A stretch of 63,974 bases of DNA, the filler included, from Cercozoa sp. M6MM (lineage: Eukaryota > Protista > Endomyxa: Ascetosporea), in assembly GCA_040357565.1 (NCBI GenBank). It is 12 parts of 12 records of this genome, joined end to end, with 100 filler letters (N's around TTAATTAATTAA, not from the genome) between each part and the next. Parts side by side here need not be neighbours in the genome. Positions count along the whole stretch, not along the records: positions 39,432 to 43,105 come from JBDODJ010001358.1; positions 43,206 to 46,473 come from JBDODJ010001531.1; positions 46,574 to 49,863 come from JBDODJ010001523.1; positions 49,964 to 55,752 come from JBDODJ010000847.1; 8 more parts are not named here. One strand, given 5' to 3'. A program made the translations under genes and the position numbers. This document shows, in pieces, positions 39,332-51,210 of this stretch (position 1 is the stretch's first letter; the number at the start of each line of letters is the position of its first letter). The notes under the pieces were generated by a model. It was not told the DNA's origin and did no database searches. It was given only the letters and a program-made list of their open reading frames with translations.

Positions 39332-39431
39332 NNNNNNNNNNNNNNNNNNNNNNNNNNNNNNNNNNNNNNNNNNNNTTAATTAATTAANNNNNNNNNNNNN
39401 NNNNNNNNNNNNNNNNNNNNNNNNNNNNNNN

Positions 39432-39479
<48 letters not shown>

Positions 39480-39481
<2 letters not shown>

Positions 39482-40011
39482 ATACTCAGTTACCAGTCGG
39501 AGAACTCCATGATATTGCTTACAAGCGTCGGGCTCATAATGTACTTTCCTGCCGGACAAGAGTCCCCATCTTCTTGGTCGTGGCTGAAACCGACCTGTCG
39601 ACCAAACAAAGCACATGGCACCAACCGCAGTCAAGGGCAGAAATACGCATGTACTGTACCTGATGCCCAAACTCGTGTGCCAGTACGGAGCCTTAGCACA
39701 CAATAAGAGTTGTAGAAGTGATCACTTAATCAGCAGAGTTTAGCACCTTCTTCACTTTCACTCAGGAAGCTTCTGGGAAATCCTAAGGCAGCGACTGCAT
39801 CGAGAGTCGAGATGCTGTTGAGAACGGCGACACCAACAATGCCCTCTAAAGGTAAACCATGCTTTCCCGAGCTAAAATTTCTGGCTCTGTACTGTAAATT
39901 TACCAGGGAATCGGTATCCGCTCAAAACGTGAAGTGCATCGTAGCTGTATTCAAGAGAACAATATTGTATGAAAACAGTCCAAGAGAACACTTCAAGTAA
40001 AGCTAATTCTG

Positions 40012-40106
<95 letters not shown>

Positions 40107-41513
40107 GCAAAGTGCCGTCTCGTCGCGCTTGTTGTAAAGCCGGGTCTTGCCTGTTCCACGTTGCCTGCGAAAACACGGTGATAAAACCCCACGTGGGCAC
40201 TGTAAGGTACAACAAGTATAAATACTGTACGATGGCAATGACAAGATCGTTGACGTCGTTACTGTTTCGCAATCGACGCCAATTGCCATCGTCGTTGGGA
40301 CCGTAGAGCTCTTCATCTAAGTTTATATAACGTCTGCAGATCAGCGCGACATTGAAACGACACGGTGGTAGTTGTAGGGAGAAACCTCGAGAGATGTGGG
40401 CAACAGCTCGAAGCGTGACAGTGGTGTCTTGTGGCCAGTTCTACGATGGTATCAATAAGATCTGTTGGTACGCATACCCCACAATAGGCAGCATGTATCG
40501 GTACCTGCGTCATCCACAGAAAATTGGCTCGCTGCACATTTCTCGCGGCTCGACTTGCTGCTTCCGCTCTACACACATACATGAATGCATGGACCAGGAC
40601 TAATGCCTAGTATGCTTACAGTTGTACCTCGAGTACAGTGTGAGTCGCTGGACGTCCGAGACCACTGACAACACAACATGGGACGGGTATGCATTCATAT
40701 ATTGAGACACGGAACTGAACAATATACACAGAATGCCCCAGGTGATGTTGCGCCCCGTTTGCAGTAGGTTTAGGTTGGAAGTGTGCTTGTCGGTGTGCAA
40801 AAGATCATCGTCGTGCCTGCCAATATCTGGAGGAAGACGCACTGTGATACATCCGTTGTGTACATCAGTATCGCTGGAAGGTGTCGGTGCGCCGAGAAGA
40901 GAGGCGTGTCCTTTCAGCAACATCGTTTGCGCTTTGTTGTGTCGCACCACGGTAACTTGCTGCAGAGATGCCACATGCACATACTGATGCACCAAGCTTC
41001 GTACAGCAAACCTCACCTCGCCCTGAACAAGAACGTGTACGTCACCATCAGTTCCTTCCCAGGCTGCGTACACACGAGGCTCGTCATTAAGAATGTAAAC
41101 TGTACCAAAATACAAAGATACACATAGCGTCGTCAAGGGGCAGGTGCTCTTCTTTGAGTCCGTTCTGAGACGAGAAATGAAAGGTGCGAAAGTCGGAAGG
41201 TAGGTGCGACTATCGATAAGGGATACATGCACGAGGTACAACTGAGAACAAAACTTAAGTAGCGCAGTAGTACCTCGTGCATGACTATAATGTGGATTTC
41301 TGTGGGCGATACTAGTTGCAGCAGTCGCGTCGTTTCGTCAAAGTGTGCTGTCTCAAAGTCGAGTTCCACCTCGACCTGTTGCGGTTCAGTTCGGAACGTC
41401 GACGATGAAGGAGGTGCAACTTCGATAATGCTGTCGTCATTGGGGTTCGATGTCTGTGCGCGGGACGTTGTGAACAACAAAGCGAGTATCACGTGCGCGT
41501 GCGAGAGTGGCAT
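39480..41513 (-). CDS. Hypothetical secreted or membrane protein (multi-exon, 3' end unresolved)
   Basis: Signal-peptide-like MPLSHAHVILALLFTTSRA; downstream exon-like segments with GT-AG; no family recognised. Confidence 0.45.
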
Positions 41514-41787
41514 TGGTTTTATTGCTGGGATAGAGAAGCGTAGAAATCAGTGAAGTGTGTGTCCTTCCTGGTCCTTCCTGGCTGGGATGGCCAAAACGCA
41601 TTCCCACTCAGTCCGAAGATGTGTGGCATCGGAGGTTTACGGGACTTGCTCTAGTTTCGTACATTCACTAGATCTACACAGTAAAGTGTAGTACAGCAGT
41701 GTAAATCTAATATGCTGACCCATGTCCTCGATTCGCATAAAACTGGAAGCTACAGAAACCATGACCAATTTCACCTTAAATAAGGCA

Positions 41788-41908
41788 ACTGCGAGCTGAT
41801 TCCATTCAACTATCAAACCCACATTTCGCCTTTTACTAGATGTGGCTGTGGCTGGGATCGCTGACGCTCGCTCACCCCATTGTGAATTTGTGCGGTTCCG
41901 TCGGAACT
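41788..41908 (+). ncRNA. U5: U5 spliceosomal snRNA
   Basis: Invariant loop I CGCCTTTTACT closed by CCACATTT/AGATGTGG; outer stems GCGAGC/GCTCGC and GATTCCA/TGGGATC; Sm-type site AATTTGTG; 3' hairpin GTTCC/GGAAC; T-rich tract downstream. Confidence 0.9.
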
Positions 41909-42207
41909 TCCCTGTCTTTTTATTTTTGCTGTGTTCGGATTTTGAATGAGCGGGACTCTGGTACGGACGATATCTGATTGAGATGAATGAGTGCTATCTG
42001 AACTGAGTCAATGAAATGACCTGACCTGACCAGAACACCTACTATCTCTCAGGCGAGGGTTGCGACGCTGCGTGCGCCGCACTAATTATGATGCTGGTTT
42101 AGTTAAGTTCAATTGAGAGCACTCGCACTCGCACCCCGTTCGAGCTCACAATTCGAGCTAAAGTTAATGAGAAACTGTTGAGGTCGACCGGCGCGAGACG
42201 ATCGGGA

Positions 42208-43005
42208 TTAGTAGTCGTCGTCCTGCTTGAGGTGGAGATCGAGCTTGTCAAGCTGCATCGCCGGCGGAACACCCGTGTTGCCCACGCCTGAGAAACACAG
42301 CACACGTACATACATGGCCGCAGCGACTCAAAATGCTGAGGTAGCCAAGCGTACTCTCCTGCCACTCGTCGAACGTGACGGAATCGCGCACCTTGGCGGC
42401 CATCTCGCTCACGTCCTTGCGACTGCAAGCAGGCGAAAGAAATGTTCAGAAACCTTTGCACATAGCAGAAGCAGATGGACAGGATTACCTCTCGACAATA
42501 GAGAAGGCGGCCTGAAGGGCGTCAACACGGCCCTCAAGCGTCACGCAAGCCTTCCACGCCTACCCCACCAAAGAACATACATCGGGTTCGTATACCAAAG
42601 CTACTTTCAAAGCTATTCTACCTCGAGGTTGTCACGCTCGGCCGGACCGTAGCCATCAACCTGGTACTTGGACTTGATCGTCTTCGCCTCCTCCATGAGG
42701 TTCTTGGCACGCTCCTGCAGCGTCTGCTCGGACCAGACACATACACACATACACACTCTCTCTTAACACAGCGCTCCTCAGGTTCATGTGTGTCTGAAAG
42801 CCACTAACGCACCGTGAGCTCAAAGTCGGCCGGGGCAAAGAAGTCCCACGCCTTCAGCTGGCCCGTACCGTCGGTAGCCTGTACTCACAATTAGCGTGGA
42901 TACAACCAGCGTGGTTACATGACTGTTTAGCCCCAAACACCAACAAGTCACCTGCGTGTACATGCCACCGATGCACAGGAACTTGAGCGACTCGTAGCCA
43001 CGAGC
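42208..43005 (-). CDS. Hypothetical protein, 3' exons
   Basis: ARGYESLKFLCIGGMYTQ|ATDGTGQLKAWDFFAPADF...QERAKNLMEEAKTIKSKYQ...MQLDKLDLHLKQDDDY*. Confidence 0.6.
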
Positions 43006-43057
43006 CTGCGGACAAACACAAATGATCACACAAATGATCACAAATGATCACAAATGA

Positions 43058-43105
<48 letters not shown>

Positions 43106-43280
43106 NNNNNNNNNNNNNNNNNNNNNNNNNNNNNNNNNNNNNNNNNNNNTTAATTAATTAANNNNNNNNNNNNNNNNNNNNNNNNNNNNNNNNNNNNNNN
43201 NNNNNCCCCCCCCCCCATCCCCATCCCCATCCCCATACCTTTACACCCCATCTATACCCCTTTACCTCTTCCTCGTGCAG

Positions 43281-44029
43281 CTCAACTTTGACGACAACGC
43301 CGAGTTCCGCCAGAAGGAGATCTTTGCACTCAAGGACGACTCGCAGGTCGACCCGGCCGAGCTGGAGGCTGCTGAGCACGGGCTCGAATACGTTGGGTAC
43401 CCCCTCATTCGATGTTACACTCCGCGTATACCTTGCTTGTTACCCCCTCTGTTACCCCTGCTTCCTTGCGACCTTGCTTAGTCTGGATGGCAACATTGGC
43501 TGCATGGTGAATGGCGCCGGTCTCGCCATGGCCACGATGGACGCCATCAAGCTGGCCGGCGGCGAGCCGCGAAGTATGCCTCCTCTTGGACAGTCTTACC
43601 CCCTAGCCTTGCCCCCTAGCCTTACCCCTTACCTTGCCCCTTTACCCTTCCTCTCATTGCTCCCCAGATTTCCTGGATCTCGGCGGTGGCGCCGGTGCTG
43701 AGAAGGTGGCGCACGCCTTCAAGATGCTCAACGACGACCGCAAGGTCAAGGCCATTCTGGTCAACATCTTTGGCGGCATCCTGCGCTGCGACCTGATCGC
43801 CATGGGCATCATCCGCGCGGCTGAAACCATGCACATCAGCAAGCCTGTCGTGATCCGCCTCGAGGGTACCAATGTCGAGCAGGCCAAGGAGATGATCGAG
43901 AACTCGGGCCTCCGCATGCTCACGGCCACCGACCTGAGCGACGCCGCCAGCAAGGCCGCGCACGTCGCCGACATTGTCAAGCGCTCCGAGGACATTGGCG
44001 TCACCGTGAGCTTCGAGCTGCCGCTTTAA
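43281..44029 (+). CDS. Succinyl-CoA ligase beta subunit, C-terminal part
   Basis: [59 protein letters not shown]. Confidence 0.97.
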
Positions 44030-44453
44030 GCTGCATCGTCTCCGCTTCGTGCCGCTCTCACCTCGCCTCGTCCTGTCCGTGCAGTAGTGTTGTGTCGCTC
44101 GCGTGCGCCTCCCCTTGATTTTACGTGCCTGCCTGCTTGTGTAAAATGGTTTGTTATCTAAGGCTAACGATTACACACACTAGCCCGCCACCTGGACAGT
44201 GGAACCAGTTGGTTTTTTTAGTACTGAACTTACTACCTACAACACAACAGACAACGCAAAACTGAGGGTTTTTCTTCGAAACAACATTTGCTCGGGGCCG
44301 CTTCTAGACTAGTAAAACGGTGTGCACGTGTCCTTAGTGGCAGTAGAACTCACAGAGCACATTACAAGTGCTTCTCTGTTGAGGTGTGCTGTCCATGATT
44401 TGTGGTGTCTTGCCTTGTGATTGTGCTGACTTTTGCAGGGACTGCATCAAGCC

Positions 44454-45477
44454 ATGTATGGCGGCTACGGTGCCCCTGGTGCCTATGGATATGGCGGCTA
44501 TGGAAATCCGTATTTCGGGGGTGCACAAGCACCTGTTCCGTTCCAGGTATGACGCGTATCCCAGTGGTATATTGGGTAGTTATATGCCGATCTGTTGGAC
44601 CGGTAGGAGAACCTGTCGCGCATCTCAATGTCACTCTCAATGGCAGCAGCCTCGTTTTCTAATGCAATGCAAACGTGCATTCAAATCTACCAAGCCGTGG
44701 TGATGTTGCGCTCCGAGTTCGGCTCGGCGCTGTCGCTTCGCTCGCTGCGACGCGCGCTGCGACGTTGGCTGCGACGCGTGCTGTCCTGGCTCTTCGCTTA
44801 CGCTCCCAGCAGCGTTTCTGCACGCTTCGGTCACGACCCTGAGCAGGTAGCTTTTTGTTTCCTCAAAGCGCCGTAATTTCGAGTTTGGCTTTGCTTCGCT
44901 TTGACAGCTTTTGTTTTGTTTCGCTTCGCTTTCGTGTTTTCACCTTAGTTTCGAAGTGCTTTGCTCTGTTTCAAGTGGTTCGCTTGAAGTAGAATTTAGC
45001 TTTGTCTGTATTTGCGTTGTGTGTGAGCAGGCAGCAAGCAACGTGGCCTCGCGTCTGCGGTTGGCCGACGTGGGTCTGCTGTGCTGCCTGTTCTTCATCG
45101 TGCTACGGCAGCTGCGTGCGGCGACGGCGCCGTTGTTGAGAGCGCGTGTGTCGTCGCGACACCTGCCGTCGCAGCTGCGGCACGAGCGGCGACGCCGGCC
45201 GGTGACGGTGCTGCGCGATTCGCAGGGCCGCGTGCAGCGCGAGAACGGTCGTCTCGTTGTGCTCGATCGACATGGCGTAGATTGTCTCCACTTTGTTTTG
45301 AGTTTGTTTCGAGTGTGTTTGCTTTGATGCTCGCAGAACAAGCTGCGACCCGAGTTTCAGCCTGACGCACGCGACCGACTGCGCGTGCCGTTCGGCAACG
45401 CTAGCTCGCGCACTGTGGACGCCGGTCTGTCGCTCGAAGTTGAGGGCGACAACGTCTACCTACGACAGCGAGACTAA
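44454..45477 (+). CDS. PEX13-like peroxisomal membrane protein without an evident SH3 domain
   Basis: YG-rich N-terminus MYGGYGAPGAYGYGGYGNPYFGG, long amphipathic helix (FQ|ENLSRISMSLSMAAASFSNAMQ...LRRWLRRVLSWLF), one TM segment. Confidence 0.6.
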
Positions 45478-45562
45478 TTTTACAGGACGGTGGCTCTTCG
45501 TTTGCGCTTTTGCCAAGCGCTTCTCGTTTTGTTTCTCTGCCAGTGGCTTCAGATCTTCAGTT

Positions 45563-45633
45563 ACGTTAGTTGAGTCTAGGAAACCAACGATGCAGTTCCC
45601 CTGCACCAGTCTGGGGTGGGTCACAAGCCTCAT
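45563..45633 (-). mobile_element. Short retroposon copy C (5'-truncated)
   Basis: Matches the 3' part of copy A; flanked by 10-bp direct repeat ATCTTCA[G/A]TT (45553-45562, 45634-45643). Confidence 0.75.
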
Positions 45634-46020
45634 ATCTTCAATTTCATCCCTCACGTCCATACCGACTGTAAGCTACTACTGCATCGGTCGTTCGATGATC
45701 AGAAGCAAACTAGCTGACGGTAAACTTAACGTAAGTTATAAATTTAATCCGATTCCACGACGCAACTGCACTCGTTAATATAAGCCTCGCCTCAGTAAAA
45801 TTGTAGTTTACGTTAGAAAACACGCGATGGCAGTAAACTTATAAGAAGCAAACTGGGCAGTGACTTATATTTGTGATTCAGTTTTATCACTAGCAGTTAG
45901 TGGAATTACATAACTTCAGTTGGTGGACTGGGGCGACGGGTTGGAATACAGTCGGGGAGGAGGGTGGAAGGATCAGGGGGTCAGTGGAGACTGTGCTCTG
46001 GCCGGAAGACGACGGCGAGA

Positions 46021-46430
46021 CTAGATGCCAAAGACGACGGCGAGTTGACTGAGCTGTTCTCGCACCACCTTGAGGTAGATGCGGATTCGCTCGGCGGTGT
46101 CACGATCGCGGCGCAGTTCTCTCGCTGTTGGACGTCGCTGGTTGGCAAAGTTCGCATCGTTCTCGACGTTGCTCCAGTCGACTTGCAGTTGGTGTTCAGT
46201 GTTCTGCCAGGCAAAACAAGTAAGTTTAAGCCAACGATATTGTTCCCCGGGTACAGTAAAATTTACTGGCAGCAAAACACCGAGAACTAATTAAAACTTA
46301 GATACCTCTTGGGCAGAGATCTGGACAATGTTGTTGTTGTTGTTGTTGGTGTTCTCGATGTTCTCGGTGTCGACAGCAGGATCCCGGGTAGCAACCCGGT
46401 CTGACGACGTTCTGTTGCGGTTTGCGTGGT
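46021..46430 (-). CDS. Hypothetical protein, last two exons
   Basis: ...ENTNNNNNNIVQISAQE|NTEHQLQVDW...LSQLAVVFGI* joined by a GT-AG intron. Confidence 0.4.
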
Positions 46431-47390
46431 TCTAAGTTACATGCACAGGAACACTCTCAAGTCGACTTTAACTNNNNNNNNNNNNNNNNNNNNNNNNNNN
46501 NNNNNNNNNNNNNNNNNTTAATTAATTAANNNNNNNNNNNNNNNNNNNNNNNNNNNNNNNNNNNNNNNNNNNNTCACTCCGTGCGCGTTTCTCCACCCAC
46601 AGCGCCGGTGACTAGTGACAATTTTGTGGGCAGTCCTGAAACTCCACTAGTGTTTTCTGCCTAATAGACGTGCCTAAACCTCTAATTGCGCTCAGCGAGA
46701 TCGGGAACACCGGTATTTTTGGCTCAAACTGACAACTTATACGAGCTATAACTTTGTTTGCTGCTGTGTGCGGCTGTGTGCGAGTTGACAGTTAGTTAGC
46801 AGCGCTACTTGTACCAGGCAATACTAGATCCAGAACATCTCGACGAGCGAATGGCCCTGGTAGCGGTACCGACCTGCAGCACGTCGTCCAGCTGCCGCAC
46901 TGCTCGACTCGGCGTGTTGTACTTGCAAGTACAAGAATACTGTTTTCTGTCGGCGTTGTTGAAAAATAAAAGAAGAGAAAAGGTGGCTGTGTCTGGGGGT
47001 CCCGTATCCACACCACGAAGTGTTACTTCTGGTGAATATAAATTTCTAATTTCCCTTTTTTGTCGGTGCACTCCCTCTCTTTTTATTTGGCTTCAACATA
47101 TTCGATAGCTTATGTGTATCGTATGGACGTATGTATCGTCTACTAACGTCACGGTAGTAGTTACAGCACTAGTCAGGCGAGAATCAGTTCTACTTGACGT
47201 TGATGTTGCCTTGAGACCTCTTAGCATGGAACTGGACTATCTGGTGTTTATAAGGCAGTGGCGCGGCCTACCGTCACGGTAAGGTAAAACTTCTTCAGCA
47301 ACTAAGCCCGCTCGGAGCGACCGGACACAATAGGATACGGTACGATAAACGGAAAGAAATCACGGGCTAAGAAATCCGATCCACGCCAGT

Positions 47391-49787
47391 TTACTTGTTG
47401 CGCAGGTGCGGCGGCACGTAGCCACCGGAGCGTCGCGGCGCAGCGCCAGAGCTCGGGCGCGACGGGCCGTCGTCGCGGGCCGGGCGCATGGGACCGCCCC
47501 AGCGACGCGGCGCCGGACGCTCCTGCTCGCGCTCGCGGTCGGCGTAGCGGGAGCCCCAGCCGCTTCGCATGGGACGCGAGCTGCCGCTGCCGCTGCGTTC
47601 ACTGTCGGCGGAGCGGTCGGACATGGCGGCACCGCGGGCCGACGGCGGCACGTAGCGACTGCCGGAAGAGGGCGGCACGTATCGACGCGGCGCCGGCGAC
47701 GACTCGGCCGAAGCGGCGGCCGGCGGCGTCGACGTCGTGGCCGGAGCGGTAGCGGTGGCACCGCCATCGGCAGCAGCCTTGCGCTGCGCGGCCAGTGCCT
47801 TGCGGCGCGCCATGAAGTCGCTGGCCACGTCGGCCTGTCGGTTGAGACTGGACTTGCCGCCGCGCGTGCTCTTTTTGCTGCTCACACTGGCCGTGTGCGC
47901 CTCCTTGGCGGCACGCAGCTCCTCGGCGCGTCGGCGCTCCTCCTCGAGTTGTCGCTGCTTCTGCGGCGCGGGGGTTAGGGTTAGGGAGGTGTGTAATGAG
48001 TATGGGGGTGGTGGGAGAGTACCTCGTCGAACTTGGCCTTCTTCTGCTCCCAGTCGCGCAGCTCGAAGTCGAGCGCCTCCTGACGCTTCTCGAGCACCTT
48101 GGCGAGCATCTCCTGCGCCGAGTCCTCCATGCGGCCGAGACGCTTCTTGGTCTTCTGCGTCTGGAGCCACTCCATGCGGTGCTGCTTGCGGAACTCGAGG
48201 AACTCCTGCTTGAGCGTCGCCATGTCGTTCTTGCGCTCCTTCTGCCACTGCGCACGCAGCTGCGGCGCCTCCACCTGGCGCAGCGCACGCACCATGTAGT
48301 CCAGTCGGCGCTCCTCCTGCTGCTGCCGCCGGTCGTCGGCCTCCTGACGCGCCGTCGTCAGCTGCGCGCGCGCGTCTGTCAACTCGGCGTCCGTCAGCTG
48401 GTCCCTGGGGAGAGCGAGCGGGTAAACGGGGTATACGGGGTGGGAGTATGACAGGAACAAGGTACAGCGGTCGCGCCAGCAGAGCCTCGAGCTCGCGGTG
48501 CGCGTAGGTCCACTCCTCGCCCGGCGTCTTGCGGAGCTCCTCGAGCTGCTCCTTGAGCATGTCGACCTTCTGCTCCATGACCTTGAGCATGGCGTCGCGC
48601 ATCTTCTTGGCCGCCTGCTCGCGTTCGCGCTTCACCTTGTCCTGCGCCAGGCGGCGACGCGTCTCCTCCTCGCGACGGGCCTTCTCCTCGGCCTGGGGGG
48701 GGGGGGACACCAATAACACATGGGGGGTAAGGGCCCAGGTACCTGTCGCTTCTGCTTCTCGAGTTCGCGACGCTTGGCCTCCAGAGCGGCCTCCTTCTGC
48801 TGCTCGGCCAGGGCCGTCAGCTTGTCGAACACGCGTTCATTGTCGCCGTCGACGTTGGCACGCACGCGCTCGAACTAGAAGGGGTAAGAGGTAAGGGGTA
48901 AAGGGTGTGCGTGGGGGTGGAGTACCACGTATTCCGCATCATCGGCACGCGTCTGCGCGAGTTCACCCGTCGACTGCTGCGTCACGGCCACGGCACGACG
49001 CAGATGGGCACTGGCCTATGGGGACAGAGGTGTAAAGGGTGGGCAAAGGGTAAGACAAAGAAAGGCTACATCGCTGAGAGCCTGCGACAGGAGAGCGCTC
49101 TCCATGTGCGACTCAACTTCGAAGTGCACGACACCCTGCAGGTGGTCTACGGGAGATAGTAAGTACTTATGTAGAAGGATATTGGGTGGGTGGGTGGGGT
49201 ACCGATCTGCACCAGCATGTGCTGACGCTGCGCCTCACGGGCGAGCGTGCGCTCGATCTCGACCGAGGTGCAGTGCGGCAGCACGAGCTGCAGGCGCTGG
49301 AAGGAGACGCTCTTGTAGAGACGCGAGATGCGGTCCAGCACGAGCACCGTGAGCACCTCGCGCAGTCGGCTCGCGTACATGCGCAGTGCCTCGGGCTGCG
49401 TGGCCTGCTCGATGAGCGGCAGCACACGCTTGGCCAGGCGCAGCGGCGTCGCGCACTGCTGCAGCTCTCGGAACAGCTGCGCCACCACCGGCGTCGCACG
49501 CGCCAACACGCCCTGCACGGGGGGGGGGGTCAATGGCCAGAGGGTAGAGGTAGAAACATCGGGTAGGGTCGGGTCAGAGGTAGGCAGTAGGGTGCTACCG
49601 TCTTGGTGTCGTCGGAGGCAGCGATGCGAGCCACGATGACGGCGCGGATCGGCGTCTCGGAGAAGCCGAGCACCTGCGCCAGCTTGGCCGTACGGCGCTC
49701 CTTCCACGAGAGCGAGATGCGCTTCTGGTCCTGCGACGTCACCGAGCCGAGGTCCTCCACCGGGCACGCCAGCGAGGCCAGGATCAA
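47391..49787 (-). CDS. EIF3A: Translation initiation factor 3 subunit A (5' part lost)
   Basis: PCI-region ISRLYKSVSFQRL, MRNT motif, long charged helix, RRLDYMVRALR, C-terminal RYVPP/GGYVPPHLR repeats. Confidence 0.9.
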
Positions 49788-49811
49788 CTGCGCACGGGTG
49801 GGGTAAAAGGT

Positions 49812-49863
<52 letters not shown>

Positions 49864-49963
49864 NNNNNNNNNNNNNNNNNNNNNNNNNNNNNNNNNNNNN
49901 NNNNNNNTTAATTAATTAANNNNNNNNNNNNNNNNNNNNNNNNNNNNNNNNNNNNNNNNNNNN

Positions 49964-50011
<48 letters not shown>

Positions 50012-50031
50012 GAGCATAGACGCAGCGCAGT

Positions 50032-50717
50032 ACGCGAAGAAGTCGTTTCGAGTTAACGGGCAGTCGCGTGTCGAGGTTTTTGCTTGTGTTAGCCTGGGAA
50101 ATTAAGCATCAGAGAGGGACACGGGTGCAGCACGAGCAGTTGGAAGTGTATACCATGTGCACAGTACACAGTCGGGTGGGTTGAATGCCACGCTGAGCTG
50201 CGATAAGACGTCCCTACCCAGAGGTAAAAGTCCGTTGTACACAGCAACAAACATACAGATACAAAGGGATTCGTACCTTGACCCATTCTCGATCATGCAA
50301 GAAAACGACAGCATGACCTAAGCACCAGCATCACCAGTACAGTACGGTATACTACAGCAACGACAACTCATACCTCGTCGCAAGTGCTTCTTGGCCTCTT
50401 CGTTGGTTTCTTCAATCAACTCGTCTGATATTTGCATCACCTCGGGCTCTTTCTGTTTAACACAGAAGAATTCACACAGACGAATTCACACCAGAAGAAT
50501 TCACCGGCAGCCCAACGGAGAAATTATATGTACAGGTGTGCGTGTTTTAGATTTCTTGCGCGACGAAGCAGGTGGCGTCGGCACACTATCCTCTTCATCC
50601 ACCACGTCGGCAATGAGGTAGTCCTAGACAAGAAAATCAACATCACACAATCACTCGTTAGCAAAAAAAGTAAATACAGCTTTTCTGGAAGCAGCACGCC
50701 GGCTGGGGCGAGACATT
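50032..50717 (-). CDS. Hypothetical nuclear protein, 5' exons
   Basis: MSRPSRRAASRKA|DYLIADVVDEED...RKKSK...|GHAVVFLHDREWVK|GRLIAAQR; in-frame GT-AG joins. Confidence 0.55.
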
Positions 50718-51210
50718 TACCGCCGCTGGCAAAAGAACACTAATCGCACTCCGGTTTAGTGGCTTACACTGCACAACGTTGGCACAGACGATACAGTTTT
50801 GTCAGCTTTTGTAGCCTGGTCCCGTTTTTCAGCACAAAATGCCCATAAAGTAGTTCATTCACTGTCAAGACCAGGAGTGCGATAAAACTTACTTTAACGA
50901 GCGAAATACTGATTTAGCCTGCTTTTTTGCTTGGCCTTTTGGAACTCCCAAGGACTGGCAGCCGGTGTGAATAAATGAATAAGTGGGAGGTAAATAATCT
51001 TCTTCAGCCGCGCGGAAGCACTAAAATGTACTTTTACGGTAAGAGTATTCCTTTTTTTGGACTCCGTGCGTTTCAAACTGTCTTTCCAGTAGTCGCCTGT
51101 CTGCACTGCCAGCGAGACTGACGTGCTGTCGTTACCCGGCATTTCTGGGCCATTAGGTACGCAGTCACCCACCGACTCTCTCGCAACAGTTTTTTATTTG
51201 TACATGACAG

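Noticed and set aside
41940-42035. C/D-box snoRNA downstream of U5 (several CTGA, ATGAATGA)
   Set aside because: No canonical RTGATGA C box, no terminal stem and no recognisable rRNA guide.
46800-46940. Possible exon and an 18-bp perfect palindrome TTGTACTTGCAAGTACAA (46917-46934)
   Set aside because: No consistent gene model on either strand; an isolated palindrome without context.
47215-47235. U6 snRNA fragment (TTAGCATGG)
   Set aside because: Lacks the ACAGAGA box and the rest of U6.
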